A stretch of 64,000 nucleotides of DNA, taken from Octopus bimaculoides. Taxonomy: Eukaryota. Below, piece by piece: positions 12,500 through 25,645 of the stretch. Position numbers and translations under genes: made by a program. The first letter of the stretch is position 1, and every line of letters begins with the position of its first letter. Location: assembly GCF_001194135.2 (NCBI RefSeq), contig NC_068981.1, forward strand, positions 163,029,888 to 163,093,887, written 5' to 3'. The notes beneath the pieces were generated by a model. That model ran no database searches. It had not been told where the DNA came from and saw nothing but the letters and a program-made list of their open reading frames with translations.

Positions 12500-13500
12500 T
12501 ATCACTGCATACCTTTCATGTTTTAATTCTCAGGAATAGAGCCTCAGTTCTTTTAGTTTCTCCCTGTAGCTCTTCCATTGCACAAAACAAAAAAATGCCT
12601 TCGGTTAGTAGTGTTGGATAGCTTGAGTTCTACTGTTTGTTTGAGGCTATTTACTGGCCATATTTAGGATCAATAAACCAGGCAACTGAGAACAAAGGCT
12701 CTCCACAAGATCAACATGGTTTCCTTTTGCTTGTTTCTAAATGATTTCAGGCTATAACAAGCCAGTCACCATCATTATCATATGCGCCAACTGTGACACT
12801 GATTACAATACACCCTGATCCAGTGTATTTTGATAGCTCGTAGTGGAGCGCTTGAAATCTTTCAGCATTAAACTGCCATGTTTTCTTCAGCCTACTTATA
12901 TAGTGTAGTCAAGTCTTTAATTGTGTTTCTTTTTTATATATATCACCAGGGTCCTTGACTGCTTGCGATACTTTTGTATTGTCAGCTGGTGAGAAAAGCA
13001 GAATGTATGACTGTGGCCATGTCTGAGAAAATCACCACAAATAATAGTGGTCTCACTACAGTTCCTCTAGGGACACCACTTATAATTGATGTGTCCTCAG
13101 AGAGATCAATGTTGGCTGCAACTATCTGATGTCTACTTTTTCAAAAGCCATGAAACCAATCCTTTAGTTTTCCAATCAGGCAGTTTGTGACACATCATTC
13201 CATAACCATCTTTATCAAAGACTTGGGCAAATTCAAGATATATCACATCCACATTGAAATGGTTGAGCTGTTGTTTCAATAAGCAAATAATAATGCTTTA
13301 GTAGCTGTGTAAGGCAGCTTCTTCCTGGATGAAGCTATGCTTTGTATGAGTGAGCAAGTAAATTTCTACAAGGAACACAACCAGCTTCCTCTTAACAATG
13401 TGTTCCAAGACCTTGCTGATGTGTCAGTTAGATAGTTGGTGGGATTTGGGAAGCAATAGGTTGGAGTGCAGGATGAAGACAGTGGGCCCATGTTTGTGCC
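12500..13500 (-). mobile_element. Degenerate CR1/L2-like LINE reverse transcriptase fragment
   Basis: Hand translation of the minus strand gives ISKVLEHIVKRKL, VDVIYLEFAQVFDK, a decayed SGVPQGT-like segment (agtggtgtccctagaggaact) and an ADNTK-like segment (gctgacaatacaaaagta), in RT order with many disablements. Confidence 0.7.
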
Positions 13501-14149
13501 TCTTGTAGTGTGGAATAATTGCAAATTGTTTTATAAAGTGGTGTACATTTTCTCATAGCACCAACCCTTGTATACTCAATAACCTAAGGTGTATAAACTG
13601 AGGAGAGAAATAGAAGGAACATGGAAAGAAAAATGGCTAGAAATGGTTAGGTGTGAATGGAGTGCAGGAATGGAAGTGAAGAGAGTACTCAATAACCTAG
13701 AGAGTGAATATATAGATGACCTGAGAGAGAGAAAAGGCAGGGAAAAGAGAGAGAGAGAGAGATCAGAAAGCCAGAATGGGTTATGAGGATGGAAGTGAAA
13801 AGAGTGTGAAGGGAAAGCGGATGGATATTATTGAGTGGGGTTACTAGAGAAGTGATTGGCAATATTAGAGATCAACAAATGTAAAGAAGGGTAATGAAAT
13901 AAAGGCAAGAGTAGGTGTCAGGTGGCAATAGCTGTGACCTATAGGTGTTAGATTGGTAAAGGTAAATGAATTGGATTGTGCAGCCTTTTATATAAGGGCC
14001 TAAATAGGGCAAACGGGTCAGAACAAAATGAATGATGTGGTCTGTGCAGGTAGGAGAGAGAAGAAAGATAGAAAAGTTTGAGTAACGAAAAGGTCAGTAG
14101 ACCCTTTCTCCTTCCTTACGGATACAGAAGTCTTCATGTAGCAAGTAAC

Positions 14150-15480
14150 AAACAAACAGATTACTACTGAAAATCTGATTCTTCACTTGTTTCCTTGGCT
14201 AAACTCAGCAAAGGCAAGAAACAGCAGAGAAATGGATAAAATAACTGAGCTAGCAAGGGTGTGCAATAGTAAAATTAATATGGGATTAGTTATAGACAAC
14301 TCAACGACAACATTGATTTCTGCATACATCCTACAATCAGAATTAACAGCAAAACAGGACTGTTTCCAAGAGACACTTCTGCAGACTACCACAACGATGA
14401 TTGATAACAGTTTCCTTATTGTGGTTGGTGGCTTTAAAAGACAGGCTGTCAAAAATTATAATGGCTTCTATGATATATATGGAGGTTATGGATGTAATAC
14501 GAGAAATGAGGAAGAAATAAGGCTCCTGGAGTTCTGTGGTGCAATGGATCTAACAATTTGCAGTACACACTTCAAGAAACCAGTCAGCCACCTCATTACC
14601 TACCAATCTGGCAAAGACACAATTCTCGGCCATTGTAAATATCAAAAAGCTTTCTGGTAAAGAATGCACTACCCAACATCAACAGCTGGTGACTTCAGGG
14701 ACAGAGCTAGGCAGATTCAGAGACAAAAGATGATATGAAGAAGGAAGATATTGAAGCTATAAGAACCTGCAGTTGGCTATAAGTTTAGAGAAATTTAATT
14801 ACTGTTGAGAGGACAAGTTAGATACCCACAGCATAAATGATAACTGAAAGTTCTTACAAAATAACTTGCTTAGGGCTATAAATCAGATATGTGGCCAGTG
14901 CAAGATTTAAGCCAAAACTGGACATGATGTGGTGGTTAATGACAGGGTTGATAGGGCTGTAAAATACAAGAGACATGCCTGGATAACTTGGAAGGAAGGC
15001 AGTAGTAGCGAGTTGCAAGAAAGAATCCAATGATTTCAATAGACCAAAAGGCTTAACTGGAATAAATTCTGGAATGAGGAAGAGGAGTTAATATAAAGGT
15101 CTACCAATTGTCTGCATCAGGGCAGATATATTGAAACAGGGTAGCTGCATTGTTAGTGGGAACAGCAGAACACAGAAGAACTGGAATACAGTATAGCAAG
15201 CTGATAGGCAGGTCAGAGCTAATTTGTGTTGGAAATCACTTAAACAGCACAAAAATAATGTCAGGGCTTATTATCTATGTAGTCCAATGAAAGAATTGAT
15301 AAGAATACTATTTATCAAGATGAAGCCCCATGCCATACAAGTGAGATATCACAAGCTTGAAAAGAGCTCTTGGAATTGGTAACTCAAAGCCTTGATTGTA
15401 ATCCAAAAGAACATATATGGGGGCATCTTGATGGAAATTTGTGACCAAGATGGTTGAAAATTGTATCAATGACAGAATTG
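14150..15480 (+). mobile_element. Degenerate RTE-type LINE ORF2 fragment (AP endonuclease into the RT N-terminal region)
   Basis: ORF 14187-14660 contains TLISAY...FLIVVGGF...YGGYGCNTRNEEEIRLLEFCGAMDLTICSTHFKKPVSHLITYQSG, which is the RTE APE signature. Downstream sequence is broken by stops. Confidence 0.85.
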
Positions 15481-15812
15481 AAAGCAAGCATCAACAATGA
15501 ACCATGGATCAGTCTGTCATCAACAATGTAATCAAGTCTGTGCATAATCAATCAGGTGAGAGTTGTGATATTAACTGAAGAAAAGTTCACAAAATCCCAA
15601 GACAAATTTTCATTCACTCTGGATTACATTTCATAAGATTATTACAAGTTAAATTAATGTTGCATTTTATTATCTTGGCAATAAAGTTACTGTAGACCAG
15701 TAGATATGTGTGTGTGTGTGCGTGTAACTATAGAATAATTCTTCATGTCGACATTCAAGTTTGTTGATAGTTCATCAAACTAGGAGTGAAGAACAGATTT
15801 GGTGATTAATAA

Positions 15813-15843
<31 letters not shown>

Positions 15844-16416
15844 AACATAAACATGCACACATACTCATGTTTCAAGTTTTCTTTTTCCTGTTTGCATTGC
15901 CAAACCTGTATATGTAAATATGTGTGTGTGTGTGTATATCTCTATATATTTATGTAAATATGTGTTTGTATACACATATACACAAATATATACGCATGGT
16001 GTGAAAGTGGGACAGAGAGAAAATGGGAGCTAAATAAAGATAGATAAGGACAAGGAAAAATGACTGAGAGAATGAAGACATATTAGCTATGACTCAAGCC
16101 CTAAAATAGAAATACAGCAAAAAAACAAATAAAATTAAAAAGCTATAATTCCATGCAAAAACAACAAAAACTCTTTTAATCATAGGGTTATAATGGAAGG
16201 AGTATCAGTAATATGAAAAGAATTGTAGAATAATATATCAGCACACGGGTGCAGAAGTTTGAAGATTGATACAATGTAATAGGCCAAGGGAAGGTACCAA
16301 GGTAGTAATAAAATTTAGTTACAAGACCCATACAGTCAAAAATCCTAACAATGGACTATTGTTCTTTATGGGAAAGAAATAAAGTAGCATATATCTTGAA
16401 CTCATTTGTAGCATAA

Positions 16417-16465
<49 letters not shown>

Positions 16466-16619
16466 GGTATATTCTATTATGAACATAGTAGATTACTGTA
16501 TAAAGCTCATCCACCTTCAGATTTCACCCTGTGCTATTCAGTAGTAGTATTGTATGTATTTCCAGGTTAGCGTTTGGGCAAATTATTCATTTCAGTATCA
16601 AATCATTTGTAGATTAAAC

Positions 16620-17290
16620 TTATATTCTTGCAAGTATTTTGAGAGTGATACACAAAAGCATAAATTTCATATCACCAACAGTTTTTCTTTCCACAAGAAG
16701 CAGGCAGTTTTTGGAAGCTTTAAACCGTGGTGCAGATTTTCTTCACTAGAATTAAAATTTCTTGTAGGCATGAGCCTCCAAAAAAACTTAGTTTCATCAA
16801 CATAGCACACTTGTTTCTATGTATATCGTTGTTCAGCACTAAATTCCTTCAGTTCTTCAGGATAATTAGAAGCAGTTTCTTCAACAGCACTAGTGGCTTC
16901 AGCAACCCTTTTAAAGTTGTACAAATTAAAGTATCCCTTAAACCTTTCAAACCAGCCTTTAAAAACCACAAAAGGTTTTGCATTGGAAGTAGCACCTTCC
17001 ACTTTCTGCAAATGATCATCCAAAAGTCAAGCTTTTAGCTCCAATGACCATTGTGCTTATTAACACATTAGGTGCAGTCTCAAGGCCAAATCACACATAC
17101 AATAGCTTTGGAGTAGCTATTTGAACAGCTGACAATCGTCATGTATTGTTCTCATAGCAGGTACTGCAAGCTTTAATGCATTGCTATATAGCTGAGTTTT
17201 CTCCACTGACAAATTGGCACAAAACATCAAGTTTAATATCTAATGTAATCTTCTTTACAGCTCTCTTTCATGCTATTGTTTTCATTCTTA
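16620..17290 (-). mobile_element. Tigger/pogo-family transposase relic
   Basis: Minus strand: KKITLDIKLDVL (Psq HTH), FVVFKGWFERFKGYFNLYNFKRVAEATSAVEETASNYPEELK (CENP-B HTH) and QVCYVDETKFFWRLMPTRNFNSSEEKSAPRFKASK (first DDE motif). It has stops and frameshifts. Confidence 0.85.
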
Positions 17291-18041
17291 CTGGTTGGTC
17301 TCTTTACAGTCACTTTGAATAAGATGATGTACTATACCTTATGCATTAGTAAATCTAACTGTAGAGGTGAAAGACAATCTATACCATACAGTAAAATACA
17401 AGAATCCAAGGAAAGTAGTAATGCTCTGCATTAGCAAAAAATGGTTATTTCATTACTTCAGATGCAGAAATAAAAGAGGTGGTAGAGTAAAAATAGAAGG
17501 AAGTACTGTTTGATTAAAGTTAGTTGCAACACCAATGTTGGTTGAAATAGTGAAGGCACAAAGTGAGAGTGTGCCAAAGAGCAAGTGGGTAAATGCTGGC
17601 AATTATGCTGAGATCAATGAAAACTAAGATCAGATGAATTGGTGTACACAAACAAGAGGAGAGATGGCTGAAGGACACATAGGTGCTGGCAAAACTTAAA
17701 AAGAAATGAAGAACAAATTTCGATTTTGGTTTTTAGAATTGTGAAAAATTCACCGAGTTTCCATAAGTGTGGAATTAAAGGCTGTGTCCCAAAATTTGTT
17801 AGATTTCAGATTTTCTGTAATTCTTTATCCAGAAATTACAACTGTGGGGGATGCCTATGTGTGTGTATGTCTAATCTATTAAGATGAAAGTGAAAAATAT
17901 GATGAATGTGATATATATAATTTATTTAAAATAACATATAGCAAATACCAAGTTTCAAAACCAAAAGAAAAAAAAAAGGTTTAAAACAACTTTAGACTAA
18001 TAAAAAATATAATTGTAGCAATGTTTTATATACACGTACAC

Positions 18042-18092
<51 letters not shown>

Positions 18093-18902
18093 AAACAATG
18101 CATCATATATACTTGAGTGTATGAAGTCACCAGTATTGTTGGGAACATGGTAAAGTTACTAGGTTTGTTGGATATGCAAATAAAACTACCAGTACTATCG
18201 GGCACATGGTGAAATGAAGCATGTGTTGAACATGTGTTAAGGCCATTGGTATTGTTAAACACATTGCAAAGCTATCAGTACTGTTAGTCTCTCATGTGTA
18301 GAATAAACTACTGTTGTTGGACATACAGTTAATGAATGTAGAATGGTTAGACATCTAGAGCTTGTAAGAACAAAACAACAACAAAAAGCAATGCTGTATG
18401 GCAGTACATGGTATCACAACCGGTACCATTAGTTACAGGGCAAAGCAACCATAACGGCTTGACACATATATAGCGAAGCTAACTATTGCTGTCAGACACA
18501 AGGTACAGTACAAAATAACAAACCAAAAATATGGAAACAACAAAAATAATTATTTCTATCTCTCCCTTTCTCTGTTTCCTAATTTTTTTTTTAACATCTA
18601 AATTGAAATAAGTGAGAGATTAGATTTTCAAATGAGACATGGCATATATATATATACCAACTAAAGCCATTTGGTAACAAAAAGTAGCAAAAAAAGGGGA
18701 AAAATACAAAAAAAAAAACAAAAAGAAAAAAAAAACCCTGTTTGCGTTTGCATGCATTGAAACTGTACAAGTTAAAAAGCTAATAACACATGTTAGCAAT
18801 TATAATAAAGCTTGAGGTGAGAAAATGTAAGGCAAAATATTAAATTCTAGTGGTATGGATACACAGGCTGATGTTAATGATACATATATATATATATATA
18901 TA

Positions 18903-18940
<38 letters not shown>

Positions 18941-19649
18941 TAGAGTCGAAAAAGATTCACTATAGAATAAACAATTTAAAAGATAAGTTGAGAAAAGTTC
19001 ATGGCTGAACAACACTTCAAACAATTCAAATTGAAATAAGACTTCAAAATCCAGACACTGAATAATTCTGAAATTCTGAATTATGTCTTTCTGTCAGTGA
19101 GACGGAATCCAATTCTGTATCTAATTTTGTAATTTTCAATAATTAAAGTGATCTTGAACATATGAGAAATTTTATTTTTTGTTTAGATGGAATACATGTG
19201 AATGGTGTGTTAGAAAGATGTTAGCATGAATGGATTATGATTTCACCAATAATTAATTAATTCATGTTAATAAATATTCAAAGCATAAAAAGACAATAGA
19301 AACAAAACAAAAAATACAGGAAGGTAACACAAACAAACACATCTCCTAAAATGATATTTCAAATTAAAAATATTTCATAGGAAGTGGAGAAGGAAATTAA
19401 GTATAACATAATCCTAATTCTTAAATAGAAGTCTTCCCAGCTGGAGGATAGAACAAGCAAAAGTAGCCATACTTAAAGATTTCTGTTCAATAAAACAATA
19501 GGTGAGAAAATACTACAGCTAATTACAAAATAAACTCTTAATTCAGAATAAGCACCATACAAGAAGAAAAAAAAAGAAAAAAAACATACGTTAAAGAAAT
19601 ATAATCAATAATAAAGGTATGTAGTGAAACATAAGGGCAATAAATTTAA

Positions 19650-19852
19650 CCCTTTAGCATTAAAACAGCCATATCCATTGCAAATATTCTACTTGCTTTA
19701 TGTTCAAACCAGATAGATCTGGCCTCTTACACCTACCATACAATGTGATTCTAAAAATAAACTATCATACCACTGAAATAATGCACAAGTAGTTCAGAAC
19801 AATGTGAATGAATAAGCATTACATTTGACAGGGTAATCTGAATGCTAAAGGG
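19650..19852. mobile_element. piggyBac-like MITE (family E here)
   Basis: TTAA|CCCTTTAGCATT...AATGCTAAAGGG|TTAA: perfect 12-bp TIRs, TTAA target duplication and CCC/GGG termini. Confidence 0.9.
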
Positions 19853-21519
19853 TTAATGTTACTAGAGCCATTGTGTTGTGTTTGGGTCTGCTAGACAAGG
19901 CAATTTAACTCCTGTATGCTTTTAAGGTGACAAGAAGAAAAATGGTGCTGCGTTTAAACTGCATTGACTGTGAAATGAAGAGCATGGAAAGTATGTAGCT
20001 GTAAAAAAGAATACGACAGCAAAAATATCCAAGTTCGAAAATACCTACATTTTGAATAAAAACAAAAAAGAAATTACTCATATTAGCAACAAAAACTGAA
20101 TTAAGAAGAAATATTAGAATGGTTTCATTGATGACAAAATGACAAATGAAATAATCAAGGGACTACAGGAGATGGTATAATTATTTCAAGAAAGAGTTTT
20201 ACAAAACTGAATACAAGAGAACACCATAGGCTTCAAATGAAGTAGTATGGCTTGTTTCTGAAGTGGTCACATTTAAGACTGCTTAAGAACAAAATAAAAG
20301 ATTATAAAAAGACAAAGAAAATGCAATCCAAACACATTTCCTAATAACTCCCTCTGTTATGACTTTGAAGCTTAATGTTGGATTTTTTCCCTATAAATAT
20401 ACATTAAAAAGAAATTAAACAGATATCACTGACACTAGTAAAAATGACCAACAAGAGACAAAGAATAAATAAAAAGAATCTCTGAATCTTTCATAATAGC
20501 AAATAGTAACTAATACAACCACGACTGTGGATGCTGGTATTACTATAACCATCACTACAAATTCACAACAACTGCCCTTAAGGATGAACAGATAACCAGA
20601 ATATTTAATAATAATCATAGTTGGATCCACCCAAAAAGACTATAAATGAATGAGAACCAAGTATAAGGAGACCAATAATCTACAAACGGCTCAATTTAAC
20701 TCTGTATTGGACAACCAGCAGAAAGACTGGTAATTTTCTATCCTGTCAATAACATTATGCTGTGTTGCAACTATGACCAAGACACCTAACTCTTAATGGG
20801 TGAATTTGTGTAGCTGTGTGTGTGTGTGTGTGTGTGTGTGTNNNNNNNNNNGTGTTGCAGATCAGGAACAATCCTGGTCAGTAGTAAATATAATACATGA
20901 TCAGTTAACTTGCAGTGTTGAGTTGTTCAATGTCTAGCTTCCCTTTTACTAAGATTTAGAGAAACAAAAACCATATACATGACCGTTCAGAGAGCCTCTA
21001 AGACCCAGGGTGAAATAACTGAAAGAAAGGAATGAACCATGAATCAAGAAAGTTGCTGCAGTAGGGAGCAATGTATTAAGATGTTAAGTTCTACACAGAC
21101 AGGAAACCTGGTTCAAAATGTTTGTATTTGAGTGAATGTGACCGAAGTAAAAAAAGGGCTTGGTGACGCCATTAAACGGGAAGGTGGATTAGGTTTATGA
21201 AGTCCATTAGGATAATTTATCCAAGATAAATGATGATGAAGACTTTGGTGGCACTCCTAAGACATGCCACCTATCACTGAATTCTTGAGGTTGTTAGTAG
21301 AAGGGCAGTATACACAAACTATTTCATGCAGGAGAGAGCAAGGTTTAACTGCATTAGTAAAGTTAGTAGTTCAATTTTGTTAGTAGTCCTGGGTATGGAA
21401 TGATAAAGTTTGTCTAACTTTAACTATCATAGAATTAAAGAGATATATATAGAAATGTTAGTAATGAGTTTGGGTAAGTAAGAGATTATACGTAGTGGAC
21501 AAGATAATGAATTGAAAAG

Positions 21520-21565
<46 letters not shown>

Positions 21566-21859
21566 NNNNNNNNNNGAGCGAGAGAAAGAATATAGCCTAA
21601 TCTTGAGGTACCCTACAGATATCTTAGCTCTGGGGTACTTTAAGCATCCAAGAGAGTTGCAATGCAGACAGCAGCACAAAATATAGTAGGACTCATGACC
21701 TATATATGGCCTTCAAGTTCCCTTTGAGTGTACAGAGTTAAAAGCCAAAACATTTGCATGAGGAGGGCATCTTCTAAGAAAACCTTATACCAATCAGTTC
21801 TCCATAGAGTTCCTTACAACATAAAAGTGCTGCTGTGAGAGAGCTTATTCTGTTATTGC

Positions 21860-22270
21860 TTTTACTCATTTCAGTCATTTGACTGCAGCCATGCTAGAGC
21901 ACTGCCTTTAAGTTGAACAAATTGACCCCAGGACTTATTCTTTGTAAGCCTAGTACTTATTCTGACGGTCGCCTTTGCCAAACCACTAAGTTATGGGGAT
22001 GTAAGCACACCAACATTGGCTGTCAAGCAAACATGGACACAATGGACACAAAATGGACACAAACATGGACACAAAAAATAAACACACACACACACACACA
22101 CACATATAACGGGCTTCTTTCAGCTTTCGTCTCTCATATCCACTCACAAGGATTTGATCGGCCCAGGGCTATAGTAGAAAACACCTGCCCAAGGTGTCAA
22201 GTAGTGGGACTGAACCTGGAACCATGTGGTTGGAAAGCAAACTTCTTACCAAACAGCCACACCTGTGCCT
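21860..22270 (-). mobile_element. Family B SINE, full length, inverted; contains an internal 4x atggacacaa expansion
   Basis: Reverse complement of the 48533 copy. Confidence 0.88.
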
Positions 22271-23153
22271 ATCTATGATTATTTTTCTGCTTGAAGTGGG
22301 GCGGGGAGAGAGAGAGAGAGAGAGTGAGTGATCAAAGTAGTAAAATGGTTAGCATGCATAACTGATCAATAACAAGCACGGTGTTCAATTCCTGCAAAAT
22401 AGGTGACGTGTATGTGTGTGTGTGTTGATGACAGTGGACAAATATAATAATTTACTACAAGCTGAAATTTTATAAAAGGTTACTGAAAAGTGTTTTGCTT
22501 CCAATCTGCAGATTACAATGAAAAGTTGAACAAGATACAGATGCTTAAAAGTATACAGTGGAAATATTTGACAGTGAAGACAAGATTTCATTGGATCATA
22601 TTGAAAACAAAAAAGATCTTATTAGTTGATCATATAACCAGTGTATACATAATAACAAATAAATAAAATTAAAAAATAAAAGTGAATGCAAGAACCACAG
22701 AAGGTAGTGACTTTTTGCTGCAATCTTAGGAATTTTTTAATTTTGCATTCCCCACATTGAAGAATTTAAATAGTTTAATATAACACTTATGAGTAATCTC
22801 CCCTCCACTGCTCAACTAACCTATGCACTCATTTTTATATTTTTATTGACTTTCCATTAAAAAATATAAATTAAAACAAACAAAAAACATTACGTTTTCC
22901 TTCCCTTAATGGTTTCTAGCTTCATTTAAACCTCTGTTCTTTCTTTCATTTCACCCACATTTTTCTTCACATTTATATAAATTTAAACAGTATCTTTCAT
23001 TAATGTGTATTTATACTTGTACTTTATTCAATAAACATGTACTTTAATTCTTGCAATATACATTCTCATCAATTCTACTTCCTCTAATCTTCTCTTCCTC
23101 CTTTTCTCCTTCTCTCCAACCAACATTCTTTTCTTTTATTTTGTATACAAAAA

Positions 23154-23186
<33 letters not shown>

Positions 23187-24009
23187 CACATGGTAAGCCA
23201 ATAAGAAACTGTTGCATCAATATTATCCAATTAGAACTTGATTAGGTATTCAAATTTTTCCACTGCACAAAAATGTCTCATATTCCCTTTTCTGTAAGTT
23301 TCTCATTTACGAAGATCAGAAATAAGGATCTTAAGAGTAAAAATTTGAGAAATTTCAATTTCAAATAGAACATAACACTACACTTAATACTGGGGCATAT
23401 TTTCTGCTCTTTGCTCACATTCAAGTGTTTACATATGCGTGCGTGTGTGTGTCTTTCCTTTCTTCTACACTTCCTGATAGTCATAGGACGCTAGCAGTAA
23501 GTTTTGAGTATCCTAAACCCATTGGTACCCATCTATCTCCAGGTGTCACCAGCCAATTTGTGTGTATGTGTGTGTGCATACGTGTGAGAAAGAAGAGTTG
23601 AACTGATTATCTAATCAATTAAACTTGAAAGATAAAAGGCAAAGTTAATTTCAGGTGTATTTTGATGTAGAGCCAGAATGAGTTCTACAAGACAGTAGTT
23701 TTATTCATGAAGCGAGAATATCTATAGCAAATCAGAAGGAAACAAGAAAATTAAACATAAGGCGGAGATATAGAATCCAGCAGCCAATCAAACAGCTTGA
23801 CTTTTAGATTTGAAAATACAACACCTAATAACCTAACGGTATATTTTTTTCTAACCCTCTGATGAGATTTTGCCTAATATAATGATTTAATTATTGTAAA
23901 TTAATCTTTTAGGATAAATTGAAACAGCTGTAAGAGAACATGTAGGATTTTTGCAGATAATTTATTATATTAATGTTATATCTCCATTTTCTAAATTTTC
24001 TTTTGAGTG

Positions 24010-24049
<40 letters not shown>

Positions 24050-24051
<2 letters not shown>

Positions 24052-24280
24052 TGGTACGTGGCCGATGCCAGTAATGCTTGACTGGTCCCCATGATGGCAG
24101 CACGTAAAGAGCACCCACTACACTTTTGGAGAGGTTGGCATTAGGAAGAGCATCCAGCAGTAGAAACCTTGCCGGATCAGATTGGAGCCTGGTGCAGCCT
24201 CCTGGCTTGCCAGTCCTCAGTTAAACTGTCCAACCCATGCCAGCATGGAAAACGGATGTTAAATGATGATGATGATGATA
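24050..24280 (+). mobile_element. RTE 3'UTR-derived repeat copy
   Basis: ggcagcacgtaaagagcacccactacac...tccaacccatgccagcatggaaaacggatgttaaatgatgatg. Confidence 0.85.
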
Positions 24281-24287
24281 TATAAAA

Positions 24288-24643
24288 GCAGGAATGGTTG
24301 TGTAGAAAGAAGTTTGCTTCTCAATCATGTGGTTCTGGGATCCGTCCCACCATGTAGCACCTTAGGCAAGCATCTACTATAGCCTTGGTCCAACCAAAGC
24401 CTTGAGAATGGATTTGGTAGATGAAAACTGAAGGGACTTGTCATGAGGGTGTGTGCACGGATGTGTTTGTACCCACCACACTGTTGGTGTATTTACATCC
24501 CCATAACTTGATGGACTGGCATAAAAGACCAATAGAATAAGTACCAGGCTTAAAAGAAAGTATTGGGGTTGATTCATTTGACAAAAATTCTTTGAGGTGG
24601 TGCCCAAGCATGCCGCAGTCTAATGATTGGAACAAGGAAAAGT
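24288..24643 (+). mobile_element. Family B SINE
   Basis: gcaggaatggttgtgtagaaagaagtttgc...gtgcccaagcatgccgcagtctaatgattggaacaag. Confidence 0.85.
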
Positions 24644-24646
24644 TGA

Positions 24647-24680
<34 letters not shown>

Positions 24681-24807
24681 TCATCATCATCATCATCGTT
24701 AAACGACTACGATGATGATGATGATATATATATCCCAGTATATATTTGTAGAAAAGGTATAAGTAGAAACTCCATAAGATGTACCCAGTGTAAGCTATGG
24801 ACACAGA

Positions 24808-24958
24808 GTTCTATACAGTTTCCATCCACCAAATTCAATCACAAGGCATTGGTTGGCCTAGGCTATAATAGAAGAGATACTTGCCCAAGGTATCATGCAA
24901 TGGGACTGAACTTGGAACTATGAGCTTGCAAAGTAAGCTACTAAACCACATATCCATG
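24808..24958 (-). mobile_element. Family B SINE 5' half, inverted
   Basis: cagtttccatccaccaaattcaatcacaaggcattggttggcctaggctataatagaagagatacttgcccaagg is the reverse complement of the SINE head. Confidence 0.85.
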
Positions 24959-25454
24959 ATGGTACCTATTGTGTGTATTCCTTTTTACTCAGAACTCTGT
25001 TGCATTTTTTGGCTAAACACACACACACTCACATGCTTACAATTGGTTGTGGTTGTTGTTGTTGTTAATGTTTAGTTCAGAATCAGGCTTAATTGAACAG
25101 ATTTATGCTCAACAATATTCCAGCCATGGCCATTCTGTCTATTCTATATACTGGAAAATGGATCCTTCCATTTTTGCTTTAAAGATTATAAGGAGAGATT
25201 TGAGAGAAATTTATCTGGTATTTCATGCTAGTTAAGAACAAAGGCTGTCTTACTGACATAAGCATGCTACTGGTAACTTTTTATATAGATATTATAATAA
25301 ACAGAGAAACTATGTATCCCTCATACAGCAACACACCTGTTTCTGTTTCCCTATCATGTTTTAATATCTCATCACCTGGCATAAAGCCACATCCCTCACT
25401 ACTACCCACCGCCACCTCAGTTGAGTGGGATAGTCTTCTGAGTTGCTTGGCAAG

Positions 25455-25645
25455 CTTACTAGTGCCAGTACCATGTAAAAAGCACCCAATACACTCTGTA
25501 ATGTGGTTGGTGTTAAGAACAAGCTTTAGAAAAACCATGCCAAAGCAAACAGTAGAACTTAGCACAGGCCACTGGCTAACCAGCCCCTGCTGGACTGTCC
25601 AACCCATGTCAGCACAGAAAATGGACATTATATGATGATGATGAC
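25455..25645 (+). mobile_element. RTE 3'UTR-derived repeat copy, diverged
   Basis: gtgccagtaccatgtaaaaagcacccaatacactc...tccaacccatgtcagcacagaaaatggacattatatgatgatg. Confidence 0.75.

Noticed and set aside
20860-21420. Complex, TE-like segment
   Set aside because: No recognisable protein motif in any frame I translated.
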